This document shows positions 59,804 through 64,000 of a DNA stretch of 64,000 nucleotides, piece by piece. Under the pieces are notes generated by a model. The model was not told the origin of the DNA. It was given only the letters and a program-made list of their open reading frames with translations, and did no database searches. The position numbers and the translations under genes are program-made. The DNA comes from Malacoraja senta (lineage: Eukaryota), in assembly GCA_038087875.1 (NCBI GenBank), contig CM075997.1, forward strand, positions 6,326,001-6,390,000, written 5' to 3'. How positions within the stretch are numbered: the first letter of the stretch is position 1; each line of letters starts with the position of its first letter.

Positions 59804-62147
59804 CATTGTGTTAACACTACTTTACCAGGGGGCTCCAGCTATCCCTATCATTGGCTCGGCTCTCACAAGGTATTATCCCTTTGGCGCTGTCCTCAGCGCA
59901 ACGGGTCCAGTCATTACATAAATTGTGACTGGACAGGATGGTTACACCTGCTAATAATTTAATATTTCGTGTTTACGATCAGTTAAGCAGGGCAGCCAGT
60001 GTGTCAGGTCTCAAACTAGTTCTCATGGCATACCCCATGCACCTTCGTTTATGTGTGGTCACACATTTACAACATTACGTCTAGATCACCTAGAGCCTTA
60101 GAGGCTCTCATACTACCTATGTAGTTAGTTACTAAAAACCTCATAAGAAGGTATCAGTTCAGATCACTTCCAGGTGGTTATATGGGGTTCTGGCTCATAC
60201 AGGAGAAGATACAAATTCTAATTTTCAAATCTCACTTCACCAGGGCTGCTACTACATCAGCAGCAAGGGTTATGTACGGTCCTCTGGACCACATCCTGCC
60301 GACTGCAGGATGGTCTAGGGAATGAGTTTTCCAAACATTTTATTTTAACCCATTGCCAGACCAGGGGTATTTGCCAACTCTATTTTAGGTTCTATTTTAT
60401 AGTTTCCCCCCAGATGAGAGGGGTTACTATTATTATTATTTGTTCATTTATCAGCATGTTTTAAAACTATGTCATGTCTGAATGCATTATTTATGTTTAC
60501 CCTTACCTGTGGTAAACTGAGGCAGTCATTGTGTGGACTCGTTTTTTCCATGGCATGAAATCACAGAGCTTTAAAATCTTCACGTAGTCACTCACGTGAC
60601 TCCGAAGTAAAATAGTAAGATTAAACGAGGACTTACCAGTTTGAAGTTTGATCTTGATTTTATGAGGAGTTACGATGAGCGATTACGTGCCCCTGCACCC
60701 TCCCTCATATTACCAAGGTCACCTGGTAGTTCCAGCTCTCAATCTTACTATCCTCAGGTCTTTTCTCTTTTCTGTGATTTCACACCGTTGCTTTGAAGAA
60801 TGGTGCGCATGCGGCCTGACGTCCCTTCTTCACGTAATCGCTCATCGTAACTCCTCATAAAATCAAGATCAAACTTCAAACTGGTAAGTTCTCGTTTAAT
60901 CTTACTATTATGTCACATGAGGTATATCATGCCATGAACAAGCTGTCCAACAACAAAGTAAGTAGCTTAGATCATATTTCTGCTGAACATCTTAAGTATG
61001 CGAGTATGAGGATAGCTCCTCTCCTTGCTATTTGTTTTACTGGCTTTATGATTCATGGCTTGTTACCAGACTCAATGTTGTCTGTTCTGCTAGTGCCGGT
61101 CATTAAGGACAAAGCTTGTATAGTAGGCAGACTAAATAATTACAGGCCCATAGCTTTAGCCAGCATATTGTCAAAAGTCCTAGAAATAATTCTGCTGGAT
61201 AGATTAAATGAGTTTGTTAACCCCACAGATAACCAGTTTGGTTTTAAAGCTAAACATGGCATTGACTTGTGTATATATGCCCTAAACGAGATTGTAAACA
61301 AATATAGTGGTAAAAATTCATCAATTCTTATGTGCTTTATTGATGCTTCCAAAGCCTTTGATCATGTTAATCATAGAAAGTTAATTGTTAAATTGAGTCA
61401 AAGAGGGGTGCCTACATACATTGTGAGAATTCAGGCTTACTGGTATGCCCACCAGACTATGCAAGTAAAATGGGGCAATAAGGTCACAGCCCCATTTGGG
61501 GTTAGCAATGGTGTTAGACAAGGGGGAATTTTGTCCCCAGTCCTTTTTAATCTTTATATTGATGATCTGTCCAAGCAATTGAAAGCCTGTAATACTGGGT
61601 GCTGATTGGTAATACTTTAGTAAACCATATTAAGTATGCAGATGATCTTGTGGTCTTTAGTCCATCTATCGCTGGTGTCCAGCAGCTCCTTACTATATGT
61701 TCTGTGTATGGTGTGGAACATGATATCAAATATAATGCTGGTAAGAGTGCTGTTATGATCTGTAGAACCAAAGAGGATAAATGTCTAAAATGTCCTGATT
61801 TCAAATTGTCTGATAATAATCTTAGTGTCTGTAATAAGGTAAAATATCTTGGACATTTTATTACCGAACAAATGACAGATGATGAGGATATTTATAGGCA
61901 ACGACGTATGCTGTATGTACAGGCAAATATTCTCTTACGTAAGTTTGGTGCCTGTACAGATGTGGTGAAGATGTCACTGTTTAGAGCATATTGCACACCA
62001 TTCTATACTGCAAAACTGTGGTCAAACTATAGAAAGACAAGTTTACAGAGACTAAAGGTGGCTGATAATTATGCCATGGGAACACTGCTAAGGAAACTGA
62101 GATGGTGTAGTGCTAGTGAAATGTTTGTGGCTGCAAGAGTCAGTACT

Positions 62148-63071
62148 TTCAAGATTCAAGATTCAAGAGAGTTTATTGTCATGTGTCCCAGATGGGACAA
62201 TGAAATTCTTGCTTTGCTTCAGCACAACAGAATTATATAAGGCATGAATACGGAACAGATCAGTGTGTCCATATACCATTGTATAAATATATACACATGA
62301 ATAAATAAAACAGATAAAGTGCAAATAAACAGATAATGGGCTATTAATGTTCAGAGTTTTGTTTGAGTTGAGTTCAATAGCCTGATGGCTGTGGGGAAGA
62401 AGCTGTTTCTGAACCTGGACGTTGCAGTCTTCAGGCTCCTGTACCTTCTACCTGAAGGTAGCGGGGAGATGAGTGTGTGGCCAAGATGGTGTGGGTCCTT
62501 GATGATGCTGCCAGTTTTTTTGAGGCAGCGACTGCGATAGATCCCTTCGATGGTAGAGAGGTCAGAGCCGATGATGGACTGGGCAGTGTTTACGACTTTT
62601 TGTAGTCTTTTCCGCTTCTGGGTGTTCAGGTTGCCGAACCAAGCCACGATGCAACCGGTCAGCATGCTCTCTACTGTGCACCTGTAGAAGTTAGAGAGAG
62701 TCCTCCTTGACATACCGACTCTCCGTAATCTTCTCAGGAAGTAGAGGCGCTGATGTGCTTACTTTATGATTGCACCAGTGTTCTCGGACCAGGAGAGATC
62801 CTCAGAAATGTGCATGTCCAGGAATTTGAAGTTCTTGACCATTTCTACCATCGACCCATTGATATAAACGGGACTGTGGGTCCCCATCCTACCTCTTCCA
62901 AAGTCCACAATCAGTTCCTTAGTTTTGCTGGTGTTGATGGCCAGGTAATTATGCTGCACCATTTGGTCAGTCGGTCAATCTCTCTTCTATACTCTGACTC
63001 GTCCCCATCAGTGATACATCCCACAACAGTGGTATCATCAGCGAACTTGATGATGGAGTTCGCACTATGAC
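62148..63071 (-). mobile_element. Rex1/Babar LINE 3' portion
   Basis: IIKFADDTTVVG, KTKELIVDF, FYRCTVES.LT.CI.AWFG and LPSGRRYRSL..TSRFRNSFFPTAIRLLN, with a (TCTTGAA)n tail. Confidence 0.92.
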
Positions 63072-64000
63072 TGTAGATCAGTGCATGTTTCTTTAACATA
63101 ATGACCTCACCACTACTAACCACTCCCCATTATCTTCAGTATAATTGTAACCTTCCCACCCCCAGCTCGCTCTCTAGCTCTGGTAATGGACCACGAACAG
63201 CTAGGGCAATATGTGTGTGTACGACTACAATGTATGCAATAAACTAAGAGTGAAGACATTACGTGTTTGACAAGTCTTTACATGGTGTCACAAAGTTGAA
63301 CCCTGCGTCTCCTGTCTATCGGGTTTGTTTTGTTCTCTCCAAGTTTTTATTCACTTTCAAACCCTTTATGTACTATGGCCAGCTCGTGTCGTAAGCCTGA
63401 TGTTCTGGTGTTTGACTCCGACATCGTTCACCGGTGGACTGTGTTCCGGCGCGACTTCCAGCTCTATGTCGCCATCGCTCATCCTAATGCTACCCCTGCG
63501 GTTACAGCACATCTGCTCCTCAACCTGGCTGGCCCGGAGGCCATGGAACATTTTGAATCTTTCGAGTACGCCGATGGTGAGAATGCAGAGGACCCGATAA
63601 GTCTAACGAATAAATTTGCCGCGCTGTGTGACATTCCCACCAATTGCATTATAGAGCGGTTTAAGTTTTTCAGCAGGCGCCAGAAACCCGGGGTGCACAT
63701 CGACACCTTCATTGCATCGTTGCGTCACCTGGCTCGGTGTTGCCGCCTGGACGCGTTGACCCCTGACCAAATGGTCAGAGATGTCCTAGTTCACGGTCTA
63801 CAGGACGTGAAGCTACGGGCAGAGCTTTTGAGGAAGCCAGACCTCACTTTAATAGAGGCTTTGCATGCCTCTCGCATGGCTGCTGCTGTCGACTCCGTAT
63901 CTCCCCCTGAGGCTCAGGACATTCACTATGCCGGTACTGCTGAACGCCCGCGGCACGATGGCCCGCCACGCCAGCGTAGCACTCCCGCGCCCGCGAGGGA
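63072..64000 (+). mobile_element. Second Mag-like Gypsy element (5' LTR 63072-63282, PBS, gag from 63375), running off the window
   Basis: TG..CA LTR similar to 30897-31098 (reverse complement), PBS TGGTGTCAC, and gag MASSCRKPDVLVFDSDIVHRWTVF.. homologous to 34429..35358. Confidence 0.93.

Larger units (their letters stand above)
39483..60909 (+). mobile_element. DIRS retrotransposon A (decayed, both termini present), hosting DIRS-B, CR1 and L1-B
   Basis: Left end ATT|TTACTTCGGAGTCACG. Right end with ICR and inverted repeat at 60580-60909, ending CTTACTATT. YR remnant (FKSH.TRAATTS..HIL..AGW) at about 59640-60400. Confidence 0.9.
36745..62147 (+). mobile_element. RTE-X-like LINE (EN at 36884-37585 and 39156-39482; RT at 60910-62147), split by nested insertions
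   Basis: VLSYNCRGL, HETFL, GGVAILW, NVYTP, GDMSA and the rejoined TDHIPV. RT motifs YRPIAL, NQFGFK, IDASKAFD, GVRQGGILSP, YADDL and LFRAYCT.FY..KLW. The clade is assigned from recalled motifs only. Confidence 0.8.

Overview
This is eukaryotic DNA made almost entirely of transposable elements. HE1-like V-SINEs, CR1 families and Penelope short repeats suggest a cartilaginous fish (skate or ray); this is an inference. No intact host gene was found; the only host-gene-derived sequence is a short histone H2A pseudogene fragment (24308-24446, minus). Main contents: one full-length CR1 LINE with both ORFs intact (8940-13565) plus many decayed CR1 pieces; four DIRS tyrosine-recombinase retrotransposons, all inserted at ATT; two L1 elements, one a twin-priming inversion and one with a 55-bp TSD and a fold-back junction; two related Mag-type Gypsy elements; an RTE-X-like LINE split by a five-layer nest; Tx1, Rex1 and Penelope fragments; Harbinger MITEs; GC-rich non-autonomous retroelements; and a highly degenerate 150-200 bp tandem repeat that looks like the oldest layer. 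The best candidates for something undescribed are an independently mobile ~135-bp Penelope-derived unit with a hammerhead-like core, a deletion-defined non-autonomous DIRS lineage, and a GC-rich hairpin-bearing SINE-like family. All calls were made by eye without database searches, so novelty is unverified and the boundaries of decayed elements are approximate.
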